Below are positions 9,979 through 18,649 of a stretch of DNA of 64,000 nucleotides, piece by piece. Each line of letters opens with the position of its first letter. The stretch's first letter is position 1. The notes under the pieces are model-generated. The model saw nothing but the letters and a program-made list of their open reading frames with translations, was not told the origin of the DNA and searched no databases. The stretch spans positions 249,316 through 313,315 of the IMG/VR virus record IMGVR_UViG_3300047319_001872; one strand, written 5' to 3'. Both the position numbers and the translations under genes were made by a program.

Positions 9979-10515
9979 TTACTTCTCCTTATCAATAAAG
10001 AAATACTGTTTCCATTTCTCTGCCTGGCTTTTAACTCTGTACTGAATCGTAGAAAGTGTAACGCCTAGTGCGCGAGCGAGCTCGTTCATGCTGCTATAGC
10101 GAACCCCGTTTGCGCATACTGCTTTTCTATTTGGGTTCGATAACATCATTTTTTCAAGATCCTCTTTGGAATGTTTCCTCCCTGAAGAACTCACCCGTAG
10201 CTTCTCTCGAGTCTGCTCACCCACAACACGATTTCGGCCTGCCAGGCCTATTTTCTTTTTGGTCCCCTCTGAGTGAGTATGACCTTTTTTGGCTTTCGAA
10301 ATATTCTCCGAGTGCTTCTGAGTTCTAACTTTGTTCTTCAGCGCTTTGGAAATGCTTTGCTTGCTTTCCTCGGAGTGGGTGCGGCCGCGCTTGGTGAAGC
10401 CTCCTAGACTACCTCGAGTCTTGTCTAGGATTCTCTTATCGTCCGCAGGAGTCCAGTTCTCCACGAGATCAGCAAGAACCTCATTGATGTCAAGCTTCGG
10501 TTTACGTTTGGTCAT
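9979..10515 (-). CDS. NUMOD3-repeat DNA-binding protein with C-terminal HTH-like domain; no evident nuclease domain
   Basis: Repeated GRTHSEESKQSIS, GHTHSEGTKKKIG, GRKHSKEDLEKM; C-terminal 'NGVRYSSMNELARALGV'; AT-rich. Confidence 0.75.
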   Translation of the reverse strand: MTKRKPKLDINEVLADLVENWTPADDKRILDKTRGSLGGFTKRGRTHSEESKQSISKALKNKVRTQKHSENISKAKKGHTHSEGTKKKIGLAGRNRVVGEQTREKLRVSSSGRKHSKEDLEKMMLSNPNRKAVCANGVRYSSMNELARALGVTLSTIQYRVKSQAEKWKQYFFIDKEK

Positions 10516-10541
10516 GATTTACTCGTAAAAGAAAAGCAATC

Positions 10542-10574
10542 TGATAAACCCCCTCTGCACCAAGGGGTTTATCA
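10542..10574 (-). terminator. Hairpin after the AAA ATPase gene
   Basis: tgataaacccc...ggggtttatca inverted repeat; T-rich tail on -. Confidence 0.6.
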
Positions 10575-10584
10575 AACGCTCTAG

Positions 10585-11442
10585 TTAAGCTGCTTTCAGA
10601 TGCGAGAGCCAGTGGTCAGGATAGTTCTCCGGATAGTTCACCATCTCGGCTGCCAGCTCCTTGATAGCTCGCATACTGGTGGACGGTAGATGGTCCCAGT
10701 GATTATCCAGGAACTCGACCAGCTCGCGCTTCTGGGTCTTGGTAAGCCCGAAGATGTTATTCTTCATGGTAACCGCCGCAGTCCACCCCCAGCTCAGCTC
10801 TCGATCGAAGTTATACTCCGCATACGCCACGCGATCGCGAATCGCTGCCTCGTCGATCTGGCGAGCTTTCTTTGGAGCCGGGTTGGAGGGCGCCAGCGGG
10901 TGGTTGGACGTCACGATAAAACTGATGTTATCTGTCGGGATAGCAATGCCGACCCCGTCCTTGGTCTGGTAGTGACGCAGAGCACGTGCGCGCAGCTGAT
11001 CCATCTCGTTCTCACTATTTTCGTAGATCTGGATCTGCGCGGTCATGTTCTTGTTCCACGAGAACACGTTACGATCTTCGTCCAGCGCGCCCTTCATTAC
11101 CGATAACGAAATGCGGTCCATGAAGACGGAATCGCAGTCGTCGATCCAGACAAAGATGTCCTTGTCCTTCGCGTCGTAGGCTGCCGTGGCGAGCTGGATC
11201 GCCATCGCGTTCATGGTAGCCACACCAATCACTTCAATCAGCTTGATGCGATGCTTCTTGGCGGTGTTACGCACCGTGACTGACTTACCGATCCCGGAGG
11301 GGCCGACGATGTAATGGTGGCGCTTGGCACGGAACTTCACATCCGTTTTCTTCAGTGCATCAGTGACCTTCAGCTCTAGCTGCTGAGTCATGATTTCACC
11401 GCGCTCCATGTTTTGGCGTTGTTTGGTCGTAAAGGGCTTCAT
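10585..11442 (-). CDS. AAA+ family ATPase
   Basis: Walker A GPSGIGKS, Walker B VWIDDCD, sensor-1 VTSN, Arg-finger-like AIRDR. Confidence 0.8.
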   Translation of the reverse strand: MKPFTTKQRQNMERGEIMTQQLELKVTDALKKTDVKFRAKRHHYIVGPSGIGKSVTVRNTAKKHRIKLIEVIGVATMNAMAIQLATAAYDAKDKDIFVWIDDCDSVFMDRISLSVMKGALDEDRNVFSWNKNMTAQIQIYENSENEMDQLRARALRHYQTKDGVGIAIPTDNISFIVTSNHPLAPSNPAPKKARQIDEAAIRDRVAYAEYNFDRELSWGWTAAVTMKNNIFGLTKTQKRELVEFLDNHWDHLPSTSMRAIKELAAEMVNYPENYPDHWLSHLKAA

Positions 11443-11524
11443 TGTAATTTCCTTTTCTATTCTAAGTTGATCAACTCATTCCGGACATAAAGGAGGCCGA
11501 AGCCTCCGATTCCGTGTTACTTTC

Positions 11525-11983
11525 TTATTTCGTGAGGAAGAGCGGACCCTTCCAGTTCATATTGCCGACCGTCATCACGAGATCCTCGGCGGTCTTGAGC
11601 CTGACCTCGGTGAAGTCACCGTTGAGAAAGAAGGTGACGTCGACGTAGCCGATTCCGACCCCCTTTTCTTTCTCGCGCTCGTAAATCGAGTAGAGATAGC
11701 GCAGGTCATCTTCGCCGTGGTCATGGAACGGGTAGGCGTTATCGACAAAGACTTCGAACAGTACGTCGAGATACTCAAAGGCGTCAGTCTTCACCATCAA
11801 CGCCGTCGTGTCGAATTCACCGTCTTCAGACTTCGTAACGGTACGCATTTTAAAGCTGACTTCACTCTCGAAGCTTGCGCTGTGCTCCATGTGAATGCCC
11901 ACGCACTTGGCAGCCCGAATGATGAAACCGTCTTCCGGCTTGATGATCTTGTCCAGCATTTGTGATACCGCTTGGTTACTCAT
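11525..11983 (-). CDS. Hypothetical protein (152 aa)
   Basis: AGGAG RBS; ORF track. Confidence 0.65.
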   Translation of the reverse strand: MSNQAVSQMLDKIIKPEDGFIIRAAKCVGIHMEHSASFESEVSFKMRTVTKSEDGEFDTTALMVKTDAFEYLDVLFEVFVDNAYPFHDHGEDDLRYLYSIYEREKEKGVGIGYVDVTFFLNGDFTEVRLKTAEDLVMTVGNMNWKGPLFLTK

Positions 11984-12052
11984 GATACTCTCCTGAATTA
12001 TTGATCAACTCTAAAGGTCATAGGCGGGAAGCCGAAGCCTCCCGTTACGTCG

Positions 12053-12742
12053 TTACAGCCACGGCATCCTGGACGGGCTATCTGTATCTTTACGCTCGGC
12101 TTCGAGACGAGCTGCCGCTGCGTACTGCCCCGCCAACACCCTGGTACGACCAGCGCTCAACCCAAGCGTGGCCGAGATTGTCAGGTACGTAAAACCGCGC
12201 GCGTGCAGATCGTGAATCACCTTGCTCAGCAGCATGGCCGCACAGTGAACCAAGTGATTAGCCCGTTCGACGTCGCGACTGAGATAGATAGTGTTATCCG
12301 CCTCGGTTACCCAGTCCCATTGTCCGGGTGTCAGCACTTGATCGAGCTTGTGCAGCGAACGAATTCGATTCACGTGCTCTTTAAAACGCTGGTGGTAAGT
12401 GCGCCGCGCTTTCTCGGTTTTGTCTTTCGCCATCCGGATACGAGCCTCTTCGACCAGTTCGTTGTACTTCTTCATGGCGAACTCACCGATACTTTCTAAG
12501 TAATCGCGATTGGGATCATGCGGGCTGTGCTCCCAGTCTCGATCAAACTCTTCGGTCCAACTCACGACGAGATCGAACAGTCCCCGCGAACCGTCCAACA
12601 GCTCCATGATGCCGTCGCTCAGGTCCGCCTTCATCTCCGCACAGCGCACGCCGAGGAACATCGAGATGTCAAAGAGAATCTCTTGTCGGCGCTGATAATC
12701 GACAACCGTTTCTTCGGCCGCGCGTTCGTAACCTTTACTCAT
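12053..12742 (-). CDS. Hypothetical protein with possible C-terminal HTH
   Basis: AAGGAG RBS before ATG 12742; 'GFTYLTISATLGLSAGRTR' is HTH-like. Confidence 0.6.
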   Translation of the reverse strand: MSKGYERAAEETVVDYQRRQEILFDISMFLGVRCAEMKADLSDGIMELLDGSRGLFDLVVSWTEEFDRDWEHSPHDPNRDYLESIGEFAMKKYNELVEEARIRMAKDKTEKARRTYHQRFKEHVNRIRSLHKLDQVLTPGQWDWVTEADNTIYLSRDVERANHLVHCAAMLLSKVIHDLHARGFTYLTISATLGLSAGRTRVLAGQYAAAARLEAERKDTDSPSRMPWL

Positions 12743-12772
12743 GTGTTGCTCCTTGTTTCTAATCATTTCAAT

Positions 12773-13075
12773 TTAGTACAGATCGATGACCAGCGGGGGA
12801 TTTTTAATCTTTCCCAGCCAGGCGCGGGCTTTTTGCAGTGAACGTGGCACGAGCTTGGGCTTGAGTCCCATGCCCGGTTCCACCAGGATGAAATAATAGC
12901 CCTCCGGCGTCTTGTAGAGGGTCTGCTTGCCGCCCCAGCGGTTGCCGACAACCCACACCCTCAGAATTGGGTGAGCGGTCTGCAGGTCGTATGTCCTGCG
13001 TCGGTGCACGAGTCGTGCTTGCTCGTAGTCCCAAGGCAGGTCATGACCGTAATGATCGATTTCACTCCAATTCAT
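12773..13075 (-). CDS. Hypothetical protein (100 aa)
   Basis: AGGAGAGAGGA RBS before ATG 13075. Confidence 0.6.
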   Translation of the reverse strand: MNWSEIDHYGHDLPWDYEQARLVHRRRTYDLQTAHPILRVWVVGNRWGGKQTLYKTPEGYYFILVEPGMGLKPKLVPRSLQKARAWLGKIKNPPLVIDLY

Positions 13076-13125
13076 TTCCTCTCTCCTGAGGGTCATAGCG
13101 GGAGGCCGAAGCCTCCCTTATGTCG

Positions 13126-14142
13126 TTAGTCCCGGTATTCAATCCGGAACTTCGTGACGGGGTAGCTGCCATCCCCGCACAGATCTTCTTCGAGCTCCGA
13201 CGAATCAAACACACCGGGATACGCTTCGTCGATCGCGTCACGCCGCACGCAGTCGCAGCTCGCGTTGTTCTCTTCCCAGTCGAAGATGGCGTAGTGGCCT
13301 TCGTAGCCGTAGCCATAGTCCTTGGTGATCTCGTACTCCTTGCCCTTGTAAAGCAGGGAGAGCACCGCAACCGTGCGCTTACGCACCAACGGACCTTCCG
13401 ATTCAGTCCACTCGAGCGTGTTGTAGAACTTCGGCAACAGCTTGAGGAACTCGGTCACCTGGGCTTTGAACATCTCGCGGTCTTCTGCGCTGTCGAAGTA
13501 CATCGCGCGCTGGTACATTTCGCCACCAGCACGCGGTACATCGGGCTTGCCGTAGCGCCCCACGAAAAGCGGATTGCCAAACGCCGCGCCGGTGAAGCTC
13601 AGCCGGTATTCCGTCTTACCGAACTTCGACGCTTGCTTGATAAACGCGGCATCTTCATCGCTCACTGCTTCGAAGAGTTCGCGCTCCGGGATGTACGGAC
13701 CCGTGAAGGTCTTTTCGAGCACCCATTGCTTAAAGTCCTCAGGCGGCTCGACGTTATGCTCTTTGACGTAGTGCATGAGCCCTTCCGGCCAGCACCAGTC
13801 TTCGATGCGGAACTCTCTGTAGCCATTGCTCTCACCGCAGCACCGGCAGGTCGATGAACCCCGATAGTGCTCGATGAACTGGTAGATGAACTGCCAGCGC
13901 GGCGTGAGCGAATTGTACTGCCAGAACGGGATCGAAGGCTTACCAGTGATCTGGCGTGCTTCAAAATCATCATTCCAGACCTTTGATGCTTTCTGTACCT
14001 TGACTAGTTCATTCCAGTAGACCGCTTCGATCCACGCGAGGTTGAGCAGGAACTCATCTTGTCCTACCCACTTCTCTTTCTGCGGCAACGGCCACGGGAA
14101 CGTGGGTTCTGCATCGCTATACCAAAATCCAACTTGTTTCAT
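13126..14142 (-). CDS. Hypothetical protein with putative Zn-binding motif
   Basis: AAGGAG RBS; 'CRCC...WPEGLMHYVKEH' and C-terminal 'CDC'. Confidence 0.65.
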   Translation of the reverse strand: MKQVGFWYSDAEPTFPWPLPQKEKWVGQDEFLLNLAWIEAVYWNELVKVQKASKVWNDDFEARQITGKPSIPFWQYNSLTPRWQFIYQFIEHYRGSSTCRCCGESNGYREFRIEDWCWPEGLMHYVKEHNVEPPEDFKQWVLEKTFTGPYIPERELFEAVSDEDAAFIKQASKFGKTEYRLSFTGAAFGNPLFVGRYGKPDVPRAGGEMYQRAMYFDSAEDREMFKAQVTEFLKLLPKFYNTLEWTESEGPLVRKRTVAVLSLLYKGKEYEITKDYGYGYEGHYAIFDWEENNASCDCVRRDAIDEAYPGVFDSSELEEDLCGDGSYPVTKFRIEYRD

Positions 14143-14181
14143 GTTCTTCTCCTTGTAATCAACTCATTCCGTACTACGTTT

Positions 14182-14838
14182 TTAAGCGGCGTACTTGCCG
14201 GGGTTGTTCGCCTTGTGACGGCGCACCAAGTGATCCCACGGACAGAAACGACCATCCTTAAACGCTTGGTTGTAACGCGTCTTGAAAGCCTCGATGAATT
14301 CGTCTCCGCCTGCGAGGGCTTCAGCGATCAAAAGGTCTTCATTGGCAGAGGAGGCGCGCCAGCCTGCGTTACTGTCGCTGTATTCGTAGGTCCAGTCGTG
14401 ACGATCGAGCTTCTCCTTGAAGTGATCGATCGGCCGCATGAACTTCTCGCGCATCTCCGCAATGCGACGCTTATACATCTCGGCGGTGTTCTGTTGTGCC
14501 TGACGCACGGCGGCATGGACGATCCCCATGATCATGTCTTCGCGGGCCTGGTGAAACGCATCGACGCCGCGAGGACCTAACTGCATGGCGCGCGCAAAGA
14601 GACGGTCTTCCTCTTTGAAACGCGTGCAGAAGTCGCAGTACGAGTTGCTGAAATTGGACCACTCGTGCTTTTCAAGCGTAGCCATGAACTGCTCCAGGCT
14701 CTCACTGGGTCGACGTACGTCGCGCTTTGTAGCAGGACGCTCAGTGCGCAGCGTAGGTTCAGTACGCTCGGCGCGACGGGGGTCACGTTGTTGCAGTAGT
14801 TGGGGTGCACGGATCACGATGGTTTTCCTTCTGATCAA
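14182..14838 (-). CDS. Hypothetical early protein with an internal duplication (start uncertain, alternative 14685)
   Basis: Two similar blocks, LEKHEWS...EDRLFARA and LDRHDWT...EDLLIAEA; directly downstream of an early promoter motif. Confidence 0.6.
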   Translation of the reverse strand: MIRRKTIVIRAPQLLQQRDPRRAERTEPTLRTERPATKRDVRRPSESLEQFMATLEKHEWSNFSNSYCDFCTRFKEEDRLFARAMQLGPRGVDAFHQAREDMIMGIVHAAVRQAQQNTAEMYKRRIAEMREKFMRPIDHFKEKLDRHDWTYEYSDSNAGWRASSANEDLLIAEALAGGDEFIEAFKTRYNQAFKDGRFCPWDHLVRRHKANNPGKYAA

Positions 14839-14887
14839 CGATAATAAAACGGTTTGTATTAGTTGTACTACTCGATGTAGCTGATCA

Positions 14888-14916
14888 GTAATATAGATCT
14901 ATAATTGGTTTGAATC
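14888..14916 (-). promoter_or_regulatory. Early promoter GATTCAAA-N13-TATATTAC
   Basis: TATATTAC is the established phiKZ early (virion RNAP) promoter core; upstream box recurs with identical spacing. Confidence 0.75.
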
Positions 14917-14952
14917 GACGGCATAGAGGGAGGACCGTAGTCCTCCCAGGCT

Positions 14953-15801
14953 TTATGCCCCGTAGAGCTGAGTACATGCCCCGTAGTTGCTGGCCATCTT
15001 GGTGTCGTACTGGTTCGCCGCGTAGTTCGGACCGTTGTAGACCTTCGCAAAGAGGGCCCAGTTACGTGCCTTCAAGGCGGTCTGCAATTGACCACTTGCG
15101 TACTTCTGGCAAAACGAGACGAACGCCATCAGGTGGGTATCTTCAGACTTGCGCATCGCCGTCACAAAGGAGCCAACATCAGCATAACCACAGAACGAGA
15201 AGTTCTCGCCCATGATCTGGAAAAGTCCCCAGGAAGCGGACATCATCGCACAGTCCTGGTCGATCGCAAATGCCCGGTTAAAGCGCGGGTACTCACCCGC
15301 CCCACCCGAGTAGCCACCCGACTGCGGATTGCAGATGTCGCTGTTGCCTGCTGCCATCAACTTATTGACCTGGGCCTGGCCGTACTTCTTCACCAGATAG
15401 CCGTAGAACTTGTGGCGCTCAAAGAGGATGATACAGCGACCATCAGGCAAGAAGCCCGCACCACTGGTTTCGGTCATGCACACGGCGCGCACCGCAGACT
15501 GACCAATCCCGAGCAATTGCGCGGCATCTACATAGTCCGGCGTTTGCAGATACTTGCCCGTGATAAACGCATCCAGCAGATTCTGGGTTGAGGCGTCGTA
15601 AAGACCCGAGGCCGGAATGCCTTGCTTGGTCTGGTATTGGGTGAGCGCAGTAATCGAGAGCGGCCCAAAGTTACCGTCCGGTTTTAGCGGCGGCGTGATG
15701 CCCTGTTTTTCATTCAGTGCTTTCTGAATGCCCTTGGTGTAATCGATGTCAAACTGGTTCGGTACTGCAGCACCCAGCTTCACCGGTGTGATCAGCGTCA
15801 T
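14953..15801 (-). CDS. Modular endolysin: peptidoglycan-binding domain plus N-acetylmuramidase (DUF3380 type)
   Basis: DGNFGPLSITALTQYQ (PG_binding_1); 'AVCMTETSGAGF...ILFERHKF...SASWGLFQIMGEN...WALFAKVYNGPNY...YD'. Confidence 0.9.
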   Translation of the reverse strand: MTLITPVKLGAAVPNQFDIDYTKGIQKALNEKQGITPPLKPDGNFGPLSITALTQYQTKQGIPASGLYDASTQNLLDAFITGKYLQTPDYVDAAQLLGIGQSAVRAVCMTETSGAGFLPDGRCIILFERHKFYGYLVKKYGQAQVNKLMAAGNSDICNPQSGGYSGGAGEYPRFNRAFAIDQDCAMMSASWGLFQIMGENFSFCGYADVGSFVTAMRKSEDTHLMAFVSFCQKYASGQLQTALKARNWALFAKVYNGPNYAANQYDTKMASNYGACTQLYGA

Positions 15802-15899
15802 CCCTACTCCCTTAACGTAATAGAACCCCCGAGGCATGGAACCCCGCTATAGGATTCCATGACCTCGAGGGCACTATGCCGCTAAAGCAGCCGTATTAC

Positions 15900-17447
15900 T
15901 TACTTGTCAAGCGACTGCAAGTGATCGATCACAGCGTGACGGTGTTTCGGCTCGAGCTTCTCGAGAAAGCCGATAACCGAGTGAATCACGCGGTGTTCGA
16001 ACTCTTCTGCTTCTTGGACGATCTTGTCGATCAGACCCAGACCGGCTTCCGTCACCTGATGTTCCGGTTCAGCCGGGGTTTCCGGCTCGGACGGCAGTTC
16101 GGGGGTCGGGTCGACCGGCACTTCCGGCGTGACCGGTTGGACCGGGTCCGTCGGTTGCGTCGGCTCAGCGGGTGTTTCACCAGCAGCCGGTTGCTCAGCG
16201 CCAGTAGCATCGCCACCAGTCGAAGCATCGGTTGCCGGAGCCGAAGGGTCCGTAGCGTCACCTGCCGCGGGATCAGTCGGTTCTTGTGCGGGGGTGTCAC
16301 CACCTTCTGCCGGGGTATCGCTACCTGCGGCTTGGTCGTCTGCGGGCGCAGCCGGTTGTTCCGGGCTCACCGGTTCTGCGGCTTGACCAGCGTCCGCTGC
16401 ATCGCTGTCTCCAGCCGGAGCGCCAGTGTCGGCAGCCGGGGCTTCGGGAGCGGCAGGAACATCACCCGTAGCGACGTCTTGATCAGCAGCCGGAGCTGCC
16501 GGTTCGTCCGTCGTTGCTGCGGGTGCGTCGGCCGGAGCTTCAGCCGACGGATCTTGGACGACAGGTTCGACGCCTGCATTGGCTGCCGGATCGACTTCTT
16601 CCGCAGCAGGATCGACTTCATCGGTAGCAGGCGGAACTTCCGGCGACGGATCGACCACCGGGTCCGTCACAGCAGCTACATCGCTGGTGGGTTGATCCGC
16701 TGCAGGTGCTTCCGGCTGAGCTTCGGCCGGTTGGTCCACAGGTTGTTCTGCGGGCGTGTCCACAGCCGGGGCGACCGGGTCGGTCGACGACGGCTGGGTG
16801 TGCTCGATCACTTCTTCGTCCGAAGGCGAGGCGGGGACAGGTTGAACAGCAACCGGTTCATCCGATTCTGCCGGGGCTTGGGCCGGATCGACAGCTACGG
16901 GAGCTGCCGGATCTTGAGCCGCTGCATCGCCAGCGTCGGTTCCCGAAACGGGTTGCGTCTCTTGTCCAGCATCGACTGCCGGGGTATCCGTCGCTGCAGA
17001 TACGTCCGTGACGACCGGGTCTGCTCCAGCGGGCGCAACTTCAGGCGCCACGACCGGTTCGACCGTGCTGCTATCCACATCTGCAGAACCTGCTCCTGCG
17101 TCAGTGGCGGGTTGTTCTTGGGTTGCATTGGCTTGTGCATCGTCCGTTGCCGGAGCGACGTCCGTCGTGGCCGGGGTAGCAGCTGCGGTGGCTGCGGCGG
17201 CTTGCGCGACGTTGGCAGCAGCTTGCGCGACCGTAATCCCTGCCGGTTGGATCAGCCCGTGACTATCGAGCTCTTCCCCTTCTTGCAGCGAGTACTGTTG
17301 AGCTTGGCCGTTGCTGTCGAGGTACGTCACGACGATTTGGCTTGCGGACGAAACAGGCGCAGACTGGTCTTGATCTGCGGCTGGAATGTTATTGGTTTGA
17401 CCAGCTTCCGCTTGCTGGTCTTGCGTTTGCGCTTGCACGTCCGACAT
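15900..17447 (-). CDS. Highly acidic A/P/D/E/T/Q low-complexity protein (515 aa)
   Basis: AGGAG RBS at ATG 17447; no K/R across the long central region; C-terminal amphipathic helix. Confidence 0.7.
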   Translation of the reverse strand: MSDVQAQTQDQQAEAGQTNNIPAADQDQSAPVSSASQIVVTYLDSNGQAQQYSLQEGEELDSHGLIQPAGITVAQAAANVAQAAAATAAATPATTDVAPATDDAQANATQEQPATDAGAGSADVDSSTVEPVVAPEVAPAGADPVVTDVSAATDTPAVDAGQETQPVSGTDAGDAAAQDPAAPVAVDPAQAPAESDEPVAVQPVPASPSDEEVIEHTQPSSTDPVAPAVDTPAEQPVDQPAEAQPEAPAADQPTSDVAAVTDPVVDPSPEVPPATDEVDPAAEEVDPAANAGVEPVVQDPSAEAPADAPAATTDEPAAPAADQDVATGDVPAAPEAPAADTGAPAGDSDAADAGQAAEPVSPEQPAAPADDQAAGSDTPAEGGDTPAQEPTDPAAGDATDPSAPATDASTGGDATGAEQPAAGETPAEPTQPTDPVQPVTPEVPVDPTPELPSEPETPAEPEHQVTEAGLGLIDKIVQEAEEFEHRVIHSVIGFLEKLEPKHRHAVIDHLQSLDK

Positions 17448-17543
17448 TACTACTCTCCTGGTTGGGTTATGGAGCATAAGCAGCGCTCCATAGAATTGGA
17501 GCGCTGGAAGTTTATTTTGCTTATGCTTACAACCCGTCTAGGA

Positions 17544-18638
17544 TCAGACGTTGTAGAAGTTAAAGAGCTTCTGCTTGCCTGCTTCGTTCACGCCGAATTC
17601 GAGCGTCTTCTTGAAGTCGACTTGGCGCGTCGCTGCTTGCCGACCTTGCGGGCTGGCGGTGAGTTTGACCAGGTTCAGCAACCGCTGGAACGCAGCCTGA
17701 TCTTCCTTCGAGAGCGTCACATGCTCCATCGCACGGAACACGTACGACTCGTGGAACACGCCGTCCTTCTGGCTGTGGAACGCCTTGAGGATCGTGCCCC
17801 AGACGAGGAAGAAGTCGTCGTCCAGGCGGTTGACCGTGTTGCTCAGCACGCGATAGAGCTGCACTTGCCAGCGCACGGTGTCGGCGGTCGACAGGAGCTT
17901 CTTCGGCGCCATGCTGTCGATGTAGCCCTTCAGTTGCTCGAGCACCATTTTGCCGTAGGTGCTGGCTTCTGCTTGGGCCTTCTCGATGAGCGCATCAATT
18001 TCAGCGAGCACCGGCGCAGCGGGCTTGACCGGCGTCGGCGTGACGACCGCGGCGGTAACAGGCGCTGCCGGAGCAACCGGGACCGCCGGGGCAATCGGAG
18101 TTGCACCCGTTTGCGACGGGCCGGTCTGGGTCACGGTGCCGGACACGCCGCTCGATTGGGGAGCTTCTTGCGGGGCAGGCGTGATGGTTTCGATCTTGAG
18201 CACGCCGTTGGCGGCTTGCTCTTCGTTCGGTTGCTGCACTTCGTCCTGGGGTTGATTGTCTTGCGTGCTCACTTCTTCTCCTTCGGAGGGGTTGGTTGCT
18301 TGGATGGTGTCACTTTGACTGACACCGGAACTTTGCGGTTCACCACCGCTTGAAACGGACTCGGGTTCATCAGCACTCCCGTTATCGGTACCAGCAGCAT
18401 CCGAGGTCGTCGTGCCAGCGGCGACAGATGCACTTGCGTTTCCCGCCGGTTCAGCCGCATTGACCAAGCCGTTATTGGGCGTGAAGTCCAGGCGCTTCGC
18501 GGCGTCGAGTACGGATAGACCCGCGGGCTGAATCAAACCCGTCACTGGGTCATGCGATTCGCCCGGCTGCAAGATGTAGTACGCCTTCTTGCCGTCTTCC
18601 TGCTCATAGAGAACACGTGCTACAGGAATATTACCCAT
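17544..18638 (-). CDS. Protein with N-terminal GLIQPAG motif, disordered linker and helical C-terminal domain
   Basis: AAGGAAG RBS at ATG 18638, just after the RNAP gene stop. Confidence 0.7.
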   Translation of the reverse strand: MGNIPVARVLYEQEDGKKAYYILQPGESHDPVTGLIQPAGLSVLDAAKRLDFTPNNGLVNAAEPAGNASASVAAGTTTSDAAGTDNGSADEPESVSSGGEPQSSGVSQSDTIQATNPSEGEEVSTQDNQPQDEVQQPNEEQAANGVLKIETITPAPQEAPQSSGVSGTVTQTGPSQTGATPIAPAVPVAPAAPVTAAVVTPTPVKPAAPVLAEIDALIEKAQAEASTYGKMVLEQLKGYIDSMAPKKLLSTADTVRWQVQLYRVLSNTVNRLDDDFFLVWGTILKAFHSQKDGVFHESYVFRAMEHVTLSKEDQAAFQRLLNLVKLTASPQGRQAATRQVDFKKTLEFGVNEAGKQKLFNFYNV

Positions 18639-18649
18639 GATTATCTTCC

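Larger units (their letters stand above)
11484..13125 (-). repeat. Three near-identical intergenic UUCG hairpins (GGAGGC-TTCG-GCCTCC) at about 11492-11507, 12026-12043 and 13100-13117
   Basis: Directly visible; each follows a stop codon and precedes TATG(T/A)CC on the - strand. Confidence 0.8.

Noticed and set aside
11484-13125. CRISPR array or integron attC sites from the repeated hairpins
   Set aside because: Repeats are about 17 nt, separated by whole genes; no cas or integrase gene in the window; no attC core pattern seen
15876-18353. 825-aa + strand ORF rich in R/G/C
   Set aside because: Antisense shadow of two low-complexity - strand genes that have good RBSs; composition is what their biased codons give on the opposite strand
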